Below are positions 47,966-60,037 of a DNA stretch of 64,000 bases, in pieces. Below the pieces are notes generated by a model. It was not told where the DNA came from. It searched no databases and worked only from the letters and a program-made list of their open reading frames with translations. This stretch comes from Thermoanaerobaculia bacterium (GTDB taxonomy: Bacteria > Acidobacteriota > Thermoanaerobaculia > Multivoradales > JAHEKO01). The stretch's first letter is position 1. The number at the start of each line of letters is the position of its first letter. The DNA lies in assembly GCA_947259725.1 (NCBI GenBank), contig CAMYNM010000003.1, positions 42,571-106,570 on the forward strand, in the 5' to 3' direction. A program made the position numbers and the translations under genes.

Positions 47966-50667
47966 GAGGCGTCTCCGGCCGCCGCCAGCTGCTCTCGTAC
48001 GATCTCGGGAACCGCCTGGAGCGCGCCGGGAAGCTGGTCAGCGTTCTTGCCGCCGGCCTGGGCGAAGTCGGCCTTGCCGCCGCCCCGGCCGCCGACCCGG
48101 GCGGCCACCGATCCCGCGAGCTTGCCGGCGTGCACCCGATCGACCAGATCCGCCGATACCGTCGCCACCAGATGCACCTTGCCGCGGTCCCGGCTACCCA
48201 GAACCACGACTCCGGATCCGATTCGGGCCTTGAGAACGTCGGCCATGCTGCGGATCTCTCCGACCGGCGCCGCCGGCACCTCGCGCACCAGCACCTTGAC
48301 GCCATCAACATCGACTTCCTCGCCGGAAGCGTCGCTGCCTGAGACCATCTTCATGCGCAACCGGGAAACCTCCCGCTCGAGCTCACGCCCACGCTCGGCC
48401 AGCGCGACGACCTCGAGCGGCAATCGATCCTCGGTTACCGAGAGAGTCGAGGCGAGTGAATGAACCAGCCCGGCCCTCTCCCTGGCAAGGTCGCGAGCGC
48501 CGACACCGGTTAGCGCCTCGATCCGTCGAACTCCCGAAGCGACTCCGCGCTCGGAGGTGATCGTGAACAGTCCGACCTCACCGGTGTTCGCGACATGGCA
48601 GCCGCCGCATAGCTCTAGACTCCGCACCTGCTGCGGCTCGCCGCTTCGCGAGCGGGCGATCGACAGGAACGGCACTCCGACGGTTCGAACCCGGTCGCCA
48701 TACTTCTCGCCGAAGAGCGCCATGGCTCCGGCGGCGACGGCTTCATCGAAGTCACGGTCGGCGGTGATCTCGGTCGCGCGGGCTTCGAGCACCCACGCGT
48801 TCACGATGTCCTCGATCGTGGTCAGCTCTTCGGCTTCGAGCGGCCGGCCGAATGTGAAGTCGAAGCGCAGGCGATCCGGCGCCACCAGCGAGCCCGCCTG
48901 CCGCACTCCTTCTCCGAGAACGTGCCGGAGAGCGGCGTGCAACAGGTGCGTGGCGGTGTGGTTGCGCTGGGTCGGCTTGCGCCAAGCCGAATCGACCTCG
49001 GCGACGACGCGGGCTCCGCGGGCCAGCTCTCCGTCGGTGACCCGGACAAAGTGGAAGACCAGGCCCTTCTCTTTCTGGACGTCTACCACCTCGGCCTCGC
49101 CTCCGGACCAGCGCAGCCAGCCCCGATCCCCGAGCTGGCCACCCGCTTCGGCATAGAAGGGCGTTGCCGACAAGACCGCGATGCCCTCCTCGCCCGCCGA
49201 AATCCGATCCGGCAGCTCGGCCGAGCCTTGTCCGTCGCGGGCCAGCGCCAGGACCGACGCTTCTTCCAGGACCAGTTCCGAGTAGCCGAAAAAAGGCGTT
49301 TCCCCGCTGACCGTCTCTAGCAGGCGGCTGCCGGCCTCACCCAGCTGCCGATGACCTCCATCCGCCGCCGCTCGCGAGCGCTTCCGCTGCCCTTCCAGGG
49401 CTCGAGCGAAACCGCTCTCGTCCACCTCGATCTGTTCTTCCTCCGCGATCTCGCGGATGATCTCGATAGGCAGTCCGAAAGTGTCATAGAGGCGAAACAC
49501 GCTCTCCCCGTCCAGAACCCGACTCCCGGTAGAGCGCAGCCCGTCGATCGCGTCCTGCACCTGCCGGGAGCCAGCCGCGAGGGTCCCCAGAAACTTCCTC
49601 TCCTCGCTCGATAGGGTCTCCACAGAGGCCGCCTGCGCCTTCCCGAGCTCCGGATAAGGGCCGGCCATCACCTCGGAAAGGACCGGCAGCAGCCTACCCA
49701 GAAACGGCTCGTCGAAACCGAGGCTCATCCCGTGGCGAACGGCCCGGCGCAGGATCCTGCGCAAGACGTAGCCCCGTCCCTCGTTGCTCGGAATGACACC
49801 GTCCGCCAGAAGAAAGCTCACTGCGCGCAGATGATCCGCGATGACCCTCATATCGACGTCTCTTTCCGGCAACGCCCCGTAACCGACCCCGGCGAGGCTC
49901 GCGGTCGCCGCGATCACCGGGTGAAACAGATCAGAGTCGTAGTTCGATTCGACGTCCTGCAACACGGCCGCGACTCGCTCCAGTCCGGCACCCGTGTCGA
50001 TCGACGGGTTCGGAAGCGGATTCAACGCGCCGTCGGCCTGGCGTTCGAACTGCATGAAGACCAGGTTCCAGATCTCGAGATACCGTCCGCTCTCGCTGCC
50101 CTGATGCCAATCGACCGCGGGTCGCGAAGGGTGGAGATCGACGAAGATCTCGCTGCACGGACCGCACGGACCAGTATCTCCCATCGCCCAGAAGTTGTCC
50201 TTGGCGCCGCAGCGCAGAATGCGCTCCGGCGGCAGGCTGCTCAACTTCGCCCACAGTGCGACGGCCTCGTCGTCCTCCTCGAAGACCGTCGCGAAAAGCC
50301 GGTCGGCCGGAATACCCCAGCCCTCGGTGACCAACTCCCAGCCGAACCGGATCGCCTCCTCCTTGAAGTAGTCGCCGAACGAGAAGTTGCCGAGCATCTC
50401 AAAAAAGGTGTGGTGCCGGTGACTCGGACCGACGTTCTCGAGATCGTTATGCTTGCCCGAGACGCGCATGCATTTCTGCACGCTGACGGCGCGCGGCGAA
50501 GGCGGATCCTCGGCTCCCAGAAAGAAGTCCTTGAAGGGAACCATGCCGGCATTGGTGAAAAGGAGCGTCCGATCACCATGGGGCACCAGGGGCGCGCTCG
50601 CCACCACCCGGTGACCGCGGTCCCCGAAGTATTCGAGAAACGACGTCCGTACGTCCGAGCTCTTCAT
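47962..50667 (-). CDS. alaS: Alanyl-tRNA synthetase
   Basis: LLFTNAGM, HHTFFEMLGNFSFGDYFK, DTGAGLER, HTATH, ELCGGCH, GGGK..FAQAGG. ATG 50667. Confidence 0.97.
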   Translation of the reverse strand: MKSSDVRTSFLEYFGDRGHRVVASAPLVPHGDRTLLFTNAGMVPFKDFFLGAEDPPSPRAVSVQKCMRVSGKHNDLENVGPSHRHHTFFEMLGNFSFGDYFKEEAIRFGWELVTEGWGIPADRLFATVFEEDDEAVALWAKLSSLPPERILRCGAKDNFWAMGDTGPCGPCSEIFVDLHPSRPAVDWHQGSESGRYLEIWNLVFMQFERQADGALNPLPNPSIDTGAGLERVAAVLQDVESNYDSDLFHPVIAATASLAGVGYGALPERDVDMRVIADHLRAVSFLLADGVIPSNEGRGYVLRRILRRAVRHGMSLGFDEPFLGRLLPVLSEVMAGPYPELGKAQAASVETLSSEERKFLGTLAAGSRQVQDAIDGLRSTGSRVLDGESVFRLYDTFGLPIEIIREIAEEEQIEVDESGFARALEGQRKRSRAAADGGHRQLGEAGSRLLETVSGETPFFGYSELVLEEASVLALARDGQGSAELPDRISAGEEGIAVLSATPFYAEAGGQLGDRGWLRWSGGEAEVVDVQKEKGLVFHFVRVTDGELARGARVVAEVDSAWRKPTQRNHTATHLLHAALRHVLGEGVRQAGSLVAPDRLRFDFTFGRPLEAEELTTIEDIVNAWVLEARATEITADRDFDEAVAAGAMALFGEKYGDRVRTVGVPFLSIARSRSGEPQQVRSLELCGGCHVANTGEVGLFTITSERGVASGVRRIEALTGVGARDLARERAGLVHSLASTLSVTEDRLPLEVVALAERGRELEREVSRLRMKMVSGSDASGEEVDVDGVKVLVREVPAAPVGEIRSMADVLKARIGSGVVVLGSRDRGKVHLVATVSADLVDRVHAGKLAGSVAARVGGRGGGKADFAQAGGKNADQLPGALQAVPEIVREQLAAAGDAS

Positions 50668-51164
50668 CGACCCCGCTCGCTCCCATGAGACCGGCTGTTC
50701 TCGGGCTGCAACTCTCCAAGGCTCGCCAGAATCGCGCTCTTGGAATACCCCTTGCGGCTCAAGTGCCTCGCTAGGCGATCTGGATCCCAGGAATGACCGC
50801 GTAGCCACTTGCCCGCCGCGGCCCGCATGGGCTCCGACTCGCCGCCGGAGAACCGCTCATCGACAACTTGGCGGGCGGTCTCGGAATCCGCGCCGCGCCG
50901 AGCCAGAGTGGCATACAGCTTGGCCGGCCCCTCGTGTCGGTACTCGACTCGCACGCGAGCCAGTTCCCGCGCGCACTCGAGGTCATCAAGCAATCCCTTC
51001 TCGGCGGCGCGATCGAGCGCCGAGGCGACGTCGCCTCTGTCAAATTCACGCATCAACAGCTTTCTCTCGAGCTCCCGGCGAAAGTGTGGCCTGCGACTCA
51101 ACAGATCGAGCGCTTTTTCAAAGCAGGCCTGAGGTCCGAGCTGTCGGCTCCTACCCGTCGCCAA
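50664..51164 (-). CDS. recX: RecX regulatory protein
   Basis: ALDLLSRRPH..ELERKL, GLLDD, GP, LARRG, LSRKGY. Coupled to alaS; start approximate. Confidence 0.82.
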   Translation of the reverse strand: MATGRSRQLGPQACFEKALDLLSRRPHFRRELERKLLMREFDRGDVASALDRAAEKGLLDDLECARELARVRVEYRHEGPAKLYATLARRGADSETARQVVDERFSGGESEPMRAAAGKWLRGHSWDPDRLARHLSRKGYSKSAILASLGELQPENSRSHGSERGR

Positions 51165-52332
51165 AGCGCTCGACCTCGAAAGGGGAATCCCCCGCGGTCG
51201 GATCGGAGTCTTCGGCCAGCTCGAGCGTCGACTCCATCTGCTCGCGAGAGACGTCGGCCGTGAACTGCACTCCCTGGATCTTGAGCTTGAACTCGTCGGG
51301 ATTCGAGGCCCGCTTGAGCGCTTCGTCCAACGTGATAAGACCGCCCTTGTAGAGCTGATAGAGCGACTGGTCGAAGGTCTGCATGCCGTACTGACTGGTA
51401 CCCAAGGCGATCTGCTCGCGAATGTATTTGGTCTTTTCCTTGTTTTCGATGCACTCTCGAATGTAGCCGGTCGCGATCATCACCTCGGCGGCGGGAACCC
51501 GACCGGTTCCGTCGGCCCGAGGGACCAGGCGAAGCGAGATCACCGAGCGCATGACCTGAGCCAGTTGAATTCGGATCTGCTTTTGCTGGTGAGGCGGAAA
51601 CACCGAAATCACTCGGTTGACTGTTTCGGTCGCATCCAGGGTGTGAAGCGTGGAAAAGACCAGGTGACCGGTTTCGGCCGCGAGTAGTGCGGTCTCGATG
51701 GTCTCGTAGTCGCGCATCTCGCCGACCAGGATCACATCGGGATCCTGGCGCAGGGCGGAACGCAACGCGCTCGCGAATCCGCTGGTATCGACATCCACCT
51801 CTCTCTGATTGACGATCGACTTCTTGTCGCGATGGAGGAACTCGATCGGATCCTCGATCGTCATGATGTGCTCGGTCCGGTGCGAGTTGATGTGGTCGAT
51901 CATCGACGCCAGGGTCGTCGACTTGCCCGACCCGGTGGTGCCCGTGCATAGGACCAGCCCACGCCGCTCGCTACAGATCTTCTCGAGCACTTTGGGCAGC
52001 ATCAATTCGCGAATCGACAAGACACCGGCGGGAATCACGCGCAGCACAAGACCCGCGGAGCCCCGCTGCTGGAACACGTTGCAGCGAAAGCGGCCGAGAC
52101 CGGGGACCGAGTAGGCAATGTCGAGCTCCAACTCCTCTTTGAACCGCTGCTTCTGGCGCGAGTTCATCATCGAGAAGGCCATCGCCACCGTGTCTTCCTG
52201 CATCAGCCGCTTGACGTCGATCAGGGGCTGCAAGTCGCCATCGACGCGGATCACCGGATGGCTGCCGACTTTCAAGTGAAGATCCGACGCCCGGCGCTCG
52301 ACCGCGATTTTGAGAAGATCGTTGATATTCAT
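51151..52332 (-). CDS. pilT: Type IV pilus retraction ATPase (PilT/PilU family)
   Basis: ASDLHL, GTTGSGKST, TIEDPIE, RQDPDVILVGEMRD, GHLVFSTLHT, GMQTFDQ. The AIRNLIRE box is diverged (YIRECIEN). Confidence 0.88.
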   Translation of the reverse strand: MNINDLLKIAVERRASDLHLKVGSHPVIRVDGDLQPLIDVKRLMQEDTVAMAFSMMNSRQKQRFKEELELDIAYSVPGLGRFRCNVFQQRGSAGLVLRVIPAGVLSIRELMLPKVLEKICSERRGLVLCTGTTGSGKSTTLASMIDHINSHRTEHIMTIEDPIEFLHRDKKSIVNQREVDVDTSGFASALRSALRQDPDVILVGEMRDYETIETALLAAETGHLVFSTLHTLDATETVNRVISVFPPHQQKQIRIQLAQVMRSVISLRLVPRADGTGRVPAAEVMIATGYIRECIENKEKTKYIREQIALGTSQYGMQTFDQSLYQLYKGGLITLDEALKRASNPDEFKLKIQGVQFTADVSREQMESTLELAEDSDPTAGDSPFEVERFGDG

Positions 52333-52431
52333 TGTTTTGCTCCCGGCTGGATCGGCGGGAATCGCCTGAAAAACTTCAGGTTGAGCGCCTTAGGACTGCT
52401 TCGCGAGCCTATCGGCCGCCTTCAAGAGGTG

Positions 52432-53127
52432 TCAATGCGCGTTTACGCAGCGCGAAACCGCCACCACGGCAGCCGTCTCGACCCGAAGCGTGCGCGGACC
52501 CAGGGAGGCGCTCAGCAGCCCGTGCCGCGCGCTTTCGGCCAGCTCGGCCGGGGACCATCCCCCTTCCGGACCGACCAGAACCGCGACCGATCGAAAAGAA
52601 GACATCGAGGCCCAGGGCCCACCCGAGCGATCGAGGATCAACCCCTGCCCCGCCGCCCCGACGAGACGCCAGATATCACTCCACTCGTGCATGCCGGTGA
52701 TCTCGGGCAACCACGAACGTTCGCACTGTTCGGCAGCCGAGCGAGCGATGCGGTGGAACCGGTCGAATGTTCCCGGCCCGTAGGTTCGTGGCCCTCGGCC
52801 GCAGCGCACGAATCGGACCGCGCGCACTCCCAGCTCGGTGGTCTTCTCTACCAGCCACTCGGCGCGCGGTTTTCTGGGCGCGGCGACCAACAACTCGACC
52901 ACCGCTTCCGGTTCGTTGCCGGCGATTTCGTCTCCCAAGCGAATCCCCGCCCGGTCCCGATGTACCGTCTCGATCACTCCGTCGCGAGCGCGCCCCCGAC
53001 CGTTGGCAACTCTCAACCTCGCCCCGGCTGCCAGCCGGCTGACGCGAAAGAGGTGGTGATACTCGGCCCCGCAAAGCTCGAGGCGCTCGGATTCCCAGTC
53101 GCCGGCGGGCACGAAGACCGTGGTCAA
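52432..53127 (-). CDS. rsmE: 16S rRNA m3U1498 methyltransferase
   Basis: HHLFRVSR, EKTTELGV, AAEQCER, VGPEGG, LGPRTLRVETA. TTG start overlaps the prmA stop. Confidence 0.92.
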   Translation of the reverse strand: MTTVFVPAGDWESERLELCGAEYHHLFRVSRLAAGARLRVANGRGRARDGVIETVHRDRAGIRLGDEIAGNEPEAVVELLVAAPRKPRAEWLVEKTTELGVRAVRFVRCGRGPRTYGPGTFDRFHRIARSAAEQCERSWLPEITGMHEWSDIWRLVGAAGQGLILDRSGGPWASMSSFRSVAVLVGPEGGWSPAELAESARHGLLSASLGPRTLRVETAAVVAVSRCVNAH

Positions 53128-53990
53128 CGGTGCTCCCAGACGGTCAGGAAGGCCGTCCATTCGCCACAATCCAGCTGGCGAAGAAGCCCGAAACCGTGGC
53201 GCGCGAGCGTCGACCGGTAGGCCTGGCCGCGCTCCAGCAGACAGCCCGAGAAGACCGCCGCGGCGCCCGGCTCGAGCCGGCGCGCAATCACCGGGAGATC
53301 AGGTTCGATCAACTCCGGGATCACGTTCACCAGCGCCAGGTCGAAAAGCGGCGCTTCCGTCAGAGCCTCTACTCGGCTCGCCGCGAGCGGGAACGTGCGG
53401 CGATTCAACGCCTGGTTTTGGCACGCCACCAAGGCGGCCGCCGGATCGCTCTCCACAGCGACCACGAGTGCCGCGCCCAGTTCGTACGCCACGAAGGACA
53501 GCACCCCGGACCCAGCCCCGACATCCAGGACTTTCCGGCCCGCCAGCGGAAGCGTCTCGACGAGATCGACCGCCAGCCGCGTGCTCTCGTGGGAACCGGT
53601 GCCGAAGGCTGTCCGCGCCGGCAGGCGCAGCAGGCACCGCCCATCCGGAGCCTCCTCCCCGCGGTCGTCCACGCTCGGCTCCCCGGGATCGACCCAGAAC
53701 CGTGAACCCAGCGCAAACGGAACCGCACCTCGACGGTAATCGGCCAGCCAATCGCGCTCCTCCAATCGCTCGAGCGACAGCACCTCGGCACGCCCGCCCT
53801 GCAAGGCTCGGCCGCCTGGCGCCCAGCCCTCAGCCTCGAACCGCTCGGGTTCAAAATAGGCGACCAGAACGACGCTCGCGCGCTCGTCGCGAACCTCGAG
53901 GCCGAGCGTTCCTCGAGCCCACAGCTCGGCCGCGGCCAACTCGGCATGCGCCGTCGGCACGCGAAGGGTCAGGGCGACGCAGCCGCTCAT
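53124..53990 (-). CDS. prmA: Ribosomal protein L11 methyltransferase
   Basis: AFGTGSHEST, VLDVGAGSGVL, FSG; follows dnaJ. Confidence 0.9.
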   Translation of the reverse strand: MSGCVALTLRVPTAHAELAAAELWARGTLGLEVRDERASVVLVAYFEPERFEAEGWAPGGRALQGGRAEVLSLERLEERDWLADYRRGAVPFALGSRFWVDPGEPSVDDRGEEAPDGRCLLRLPARTAFGTGSHESTRLAVDLVETLPLAGRKVLDVGAGSGVLSFVAYELGAALVVAVESDPAAALVACQNQALNRRTFPLAASRVEALTEAPLFDLALVNVIPELIEPDLPVIARRLEPGAAAVFSGCLLERGQAYRSTLARHGFGLLRQLDCGEWTAFLTVWEHR

Positions 53991-54033
53991 CGAGCTCGCG
54001 CTCTCGGCCCGCTGGCGGAATTGGCCCGCTCGA

Positions 54034-55158
54034 TCAGCCGAACAGATCCTTGACCCGGTCGAGAACGCGACGCCCTTCCTTGACCTCGACCCCCTCGAGC
54101 TCCGCCAGATCGCGCAGCAGATCGAGCTGCTCGTCGGTGAGGTTCTTCGGATGGGGCACCGACAGCCGGGCCACGACAACGTGATCGCCCTTGCCGAAAC
54201 CGTTGAGTTGCTCGATGCCCTTACCTTTGAGCTGAAACCGCGTTCCGTCACGAGTCCCTGGAGGAACGCTCAGTTTTTCGGAACCATGAAGCGTCTCGAC
54301 CTCGACTTCGGCGCCGAGCACGGCTTGGGGAAACGCCAGCTCCAGCTCGCTGAGGACATGGGGACCCTCTCGCAGAAAGACCTCGTGTGGCTCGACGCCG
54401 ATATCCACGTACAGATCTCCGGTCGGACCGCCCCTGCGACCGTGCTCGCCCTCGCCCGTGAGGCGCAACCGAGTCCCGTTGTCGACGCCGGCCGGAATCT
54501 TCACCTGGATCTTGCGACGCCGCTCCACCCGGCCTTCGCCCCGACAGCCACCACAGGGATTGGTGACCACCCGCCCCTCACCACCACATTGCGGGCAAGT
54601 GCGGGCCACGGTGAAGAAGCCCTGGGTAAATCGCACCTGTCCCTGTCCGGCGCACGCCTGGCAGGACTCAGCCTTCGCGCCGGCGGCGCTTCCCGACCCG
54701 GAACAGTCCGGGCAGGTCTCGAGCCGAGGAATCTCAAGCGTCTCTTCGGCGCCGAAGGCCGCCTTCTCGAGCTCGATGTGAAGCTCGTAGCGCAGATCGG
54801 CGCCCGGCTGACCGGTTCCCGCGCGCCGGCCGCGACCGAACATGTCGCCGAAGCCGAAGCCGAAGAAGTCACCCAGGATGTCCGAGAAATCGCCGAACAC
54901 CGTCGGATCGAAGCCGCTGAAGCCGCCACCGGCCACGGCTCGGTGACCGAAGCGGTCATAGCGCGCCCTCTTGTCGGTGTCCGAAAGCACCGCATAGGCC
55001 TCTGCGGCCTCCTTGAACTTCTCCTCCGCTTGCTTGTCGCCCGGGTTACGGTCCGGGTGAAATCGCACCGCGAGCTTGCGGTAGGCGGCTTTCACCTCTC
55101 GCTGCGAGGCCTCGCGATCGATGGCCAGAATCTCGTAGTAGTCGCGTACCGCCGGCAT
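54034..55158 (-). CDS. dnaJ: Chaperone DnaJ
   Basis: J-domain HPD, G/F region, four CxxCxGxG repeats. Confidence 0.97.
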   Translation of the reverse strand: MPAVRDYYEILAIDREASQREVKAAYRKLAVRFHPDRNPGDKQAEEKFKEAAEAYAVLSDTDKRARYDRFGHRAVAGGGFSGFDPTVFGDFSDILGDFFGFGFGDMFGRGRRAGTGQPGADLRYELHIELEKAAFGAEETLEIPRLETCPDCSGSGSAAGAKAESCQACAGQGQVRFTQGFFTVARTCPQCGGEGRVVTNPCGGCRGEGRVERRRKIQVKIPAGVDNGTRLRLTGEGEHGRRGGPTGDLYVDIGVEPHEVFLREGPHVLSELELAFPQAVLGAEVEVETLHGSEKLSVPPGTRDGTRFQLKGKGIEQLNGFGKGDHVVVARLSVPHPKNLTDEQLDLLRDLAELEGVEVKEGRRVLDRVKDLFG

Positions 55159-55175
55159 CAGACCTCCGCCCGGGT

Positions 55176-56999
<1,824 letters not shown>

Positions 57000-57000
57000 G

Positions 57001-57654
57001 TCAGGCGTCCGAATCGTCGCCGGTGTCGTTCGCGATCATCGGTGCGGCGGGAACCGCGACCTCGACGAGCGCAGGTCGTAGTAGCCGATCTCGGAGCCAA
57101 TACCCGGCCTGGAGCTGCTTGACGACCATCGGTTCATCGACCTCCTCGCTCTCGTGCCTGACCACCGCCTCTTGGGCCGCGGGGTCGAAACGCCCGTCGG
57201 AAGGCACCCGCTCGACGCCGTGCTGCTTCAGAAGGTCGGCCATCTGCCGGAGAATCAGCTCGACTCCCTCGCGAAGCTCGTCGACGCCGCCGCTGGCTTC
57301 GAGGGCGCGCTCCAGGTTGTCGATCACCCCAAGAACGTCGCGGAGAACTTCGGCGCCGGCATACCTGCGTTGTTCGCCGCGTTCCCGTTCGACTCGTTTG
57401 CGGAAGTTGTCGAAATCCGCCAACGTCCTCATTGAGCGATCGCGGAGCTCCTTGACTTCTTGCCTGAGGACGTCGAGATCGCTCGACTCCGAGGGACCGA
57501 ACGGGGCGTCGTCCGATTCGTCCGTGTGGCTCTTCTCGACCGCTTTCAGAGCCTCTTCCATGGCGTCCTCGATCGACGCCTCTTCCCCGCTATCCAGGTC
57601 CAGCTCTTCGGTCTCGATCTCCTCCGGATTGAACCGCTCATCGTTTATGGTCAT
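57001..57654 (-). CDS. grpE: Nucleotide exchange factor GrpE
   Basis: ADFDNFRKR, DNLERAL, FDP, GY…LLRPALV. ATGA overlap with hrcA. Confidence 0.94.
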   Translation of the reverse strand: MTINDERFNPEEIETEELDLDSGEEASIEDAMEEALKAVEKSHTDESDDAPFGPSESSDLDVLRQEVKELRDRSMRTLADFDNFRKRVERERGEQRRYAGAEVLRDVLGVIDNLERALEASGGVDELREGVELILRQMADLLKQHGVERVPSDGRFDPAAQEAVVRHESEEVDEPMVVKQLQAGYWLRDRLLRPALVEVAVPAAPMIANDTGDDSDA

Positions 57655-58778
57655 CGCCCGGTTCCCTCGTCGCCGTCGGAGAACGTCTGTTCCAGGGCCT
57701 GGCCGATTCTCTCTCCGAAGTACTCGACGATCGGAATGACCCGCTGGTAGTCCATCCGGGAGGGCCCGAAGATACCCAACTTGCCGACGTTTCGATTGCC
57801 CACGTCGTAGGAGGTCGCAACCAGGCTGAAATTGAGTTCTGACGTCAGGTCGCTGTCCCTCCCGATCACCACGCGCACTCCGGGTCCCTCGATCAGCCGG
57901 TTGAGCACGCGGACCAGCGTCGCCTTGTCGGCGAACGTTCCAAGGAGGCGCCGAATGCGGTCGAGATCGGAGAGCTCCGGTTGATTCAGGACGGTCGTGG
58001 TGCCCTCGACCAGCACCGCCTGGGTTCCCTTGTCGGCAAACGCCATCTGAGCGAGCTCGATCGTGCGCCCCAGCAGCCGGTCCACCTTGGACCGGTCCTC
58101 GGCCATGAGATCGATCAGTTCGTCGCGGATCTGGCGCAGGGTCTTGCCCGCAAAGTGGTCGGTGAGGTAGTTGGATATCCGGATCAGGTCCCGGCGGGCG
58201 ATGGGCTCCGGTGTTTCGATGACCTTGTTGTCCACGAAGCCCCCGGCGCTGACCAGAACGCACAAGACCTTGCAGCCGGAGAGGTTGACGAAGTCGATTG
58301 CGCGCAGCGTGGAACGGGCGACAGTGGGCGTCACTACGATGCCGATCTGCTGGGTGAGGTCCGAAAGCAGCTGACTCGCGGAGGTCATCATCTCTTCGAC
58401 TCCGCTGGGTCCCGCCAGCGTTTCGTCGATCGTCCGGCGCGCCTTGGCCGACACCGAGCGATTTCTCATCAACGCGTCGATGTAGAAGTGATACCCGCTG
58501 CGCGTCGGTACCCTTCCGGCCGAGGTGTGAGGCTGGCTCAGATAACCCAGGTCCTCCAAATCAGCCATTACGTTTCGGATCGTGGCGGCCGAAAGTGAGT
58601 GGCGCCCGGCCTTGGCGACCGAGCGGGAGCTCACCGGCTCGCCGTTGAGAATGAAAGCCCGAACGATGTCCTTGAGGATCTCGCGATCCCGAGAGTTGAG
58701 ACCCGATTCCGCGGCCGGAGGTGTCGGCGGTGCGTCCGGGGAAGGCCGGCGGGTCGAGGATGCTCCGTTGCTGGTCAT
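57651..58778 (-). CDS. hrcA: Heat-inducible transcription repressor HrcA
   Basis: EPVSS, SAATIRNVMADLE, QPHTSAGRVPT, GP.RMDY. Start uncertain. Confidence 0.94.
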   Translation of the reverse strand: MTSNGASSTRRPSPDAPPTPPAAESGLNSRDREILKDIVRAFILNGEPVSSRSVAKAGRHSLSAATIRNVMADLEDLGYLSQPHTSAGRVPTRSGYHFYIDALMRNRSVSAKARRTIDETLAGPSGVEEMMTSASQLLSDLTQQIGIVVTPTVARSTLRAIDFVNLSGCKVLCVLVSAGGFVDNKVIETPEPIARRDLIRISNYLTDHFAGKTLRQIRDELIDLMAEDRSKVDRLLGRTIELAQMAFADKGTQAVLVEGTTTVLNQPELSDLDRIRRLLGTFADKATLVRVLNRLIEGPGVRVVIGRDSDLTSELNFSLVATSYDVGNRNVGKLGIFGPSRMDYQRVIPIVEYFGERIGQALEQTFSDGDEGTGR

Positions 58779-59005
58779 CTTGGGTCTCGGCAACGCGCGT
58801 CAAAAGCGCGAATACAGTTCCAGTGCACGCACCACTGTGCGGCGTCTGACCTATCATTCTACCCTAGCCGGCGGCCAGGATCGATGGTCTCGAGCGGCGG
58901 CGGCGGCCGTTTTCGACCGGGGCGAGGTGGCCCCGATGCTAAGATCACACCGCCGTTCCAGCGTGGCAGCACGCGGATTTCCGGTTGCTACCAGGGCTCC
59001 ACAAA

Positions 59006-60004
59006 ATGGCGTTCTTCAACTACTCCACGATGCAAATGACGGCAAAGATCGTCTACTACGGGCCTGGTCTATGCGGAAAGACCACCAACCTGCAGTACAT
59101 CTACGGCCACACCAAGAACAACTCCCGAGGCGAGATGGTCTCTCTCGAGACCCAGACGGACCGGACCCTCTTTTTCGATCTTCTCCCGCTCGACGTCGGA
59201 TCGGTGGCCGGCTTTCGCACCAAGATCCAGCTCTACACAGTTCCTGGACAGGTCTTCTACAACACCACTCGCAAGCTGGTACTCAAAGGGGTGGACGGCG
59301 TTGTGTTCGTCGCGGATTCGCAGGTTCCGATGGCCCAGTCGAATATCGAGGCCCTGGCCAATCTCGGTGAGAACCTGGAGGAGCTCGGTCTTGAACTCCC
59401 CAACGTTCCCCTGGTGCTCCAGTACAACAAGCGCGACCTCGACGATGTTCTGACCGTCGAAGATCTGGACGCCGCTCTCAACAACAACGGCTGGGAGAGC
59501 TTCGAGGCATCGGCTCTGACCGGGAACGGAGTGTTCGAGACCCTCCGCGGAATCTCGAGACTGACGTTGCTTTCGCTCCGCGACCAGCTGGAGATGACGC
59601 CCGGAGGTTCCCCGACGGAGCGACCGAGCGCGAAGATCGCGGTGCCGGCCGCGCCCAAGGCGCCGACGCCCCCACTCCCCGCACCCGCGAAGGCCTCCAC
59701 CGAGAGCCCCAAAAGCACCGACACAGGCCGGAGACGACGGCGGGCGGCGACCCCGTCGGCAGTCGCCGAACCGCAACCCACGCTCGCGCCGAGCGAGCCT
59801 GCCAAGCCCTTGCGTCGGGATCTTCTTCTGCGCCTTCCGGCATCCGACTTCGAACGAACGCAGCGGCTCGCCGTCCGGCTGACGCTCGAGGACGCGGATG
59901 GAGAGATCGTCCGGGTGACCCGAGATGTCCGCGTCGAGCTCGACCGCTCCTCCACGGACGAGTTGCTGCTGAGTCTCAATCTCGCCTTGAGATCCGAAGG
60001 TTGA
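59006..60004 (+). CDS. mglA: MglA-family small GTPase with Pro/Ala-rich linker and extra C-terminal domain
   Basis: KIVYYGPGLCGKTTNL, DRTLFFD, YTVPGQVFY, VFVADSQ, NKRDL, ASA, followed by a long C-terminal extension. Confidence 0.88.
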   Translation: MAFFNYSTMQMTAKIVYYGPGLCGKTTNLQYIYGHTKNNSRGEMVSLETQTDRTLFFDLLPLDVGSVAGFRTKIQLYTVPGQVFYNTTRKLVLKGVDGVVFVADSQVPMAQSNIEALANLGENLEELGLELPNVPLVLQYNKRDLDDVLTVEDLDAALNNNGWESFEASALTGNGVFETLRGISRLTLLSLRDQLEMTPGGSPTERPSAKIAVPAAPKAPTPPLPAPAKASTESPKSTDTGRRRRRAATPSAVAEPQPTLAPSEPAKPLRRDLLLRLPASDFERTQRLAVRLTLEDADGEIVRVTRDVRVELDRSSTDELLLSLNLALRSEG

Positions 60005-60037
60005 CCAGCCGGGTGCTCGGCTTGGAGCTTTGAATCT

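Noticed and set aside
52333-52431. Possible riboswitch (e.g. c-di-GMP) ahead of pilT
   Set aside because: Only a short cctgaa/ttcagg hairpin, with no recognisable aptamer consensus. An Rfam scan would be needed.
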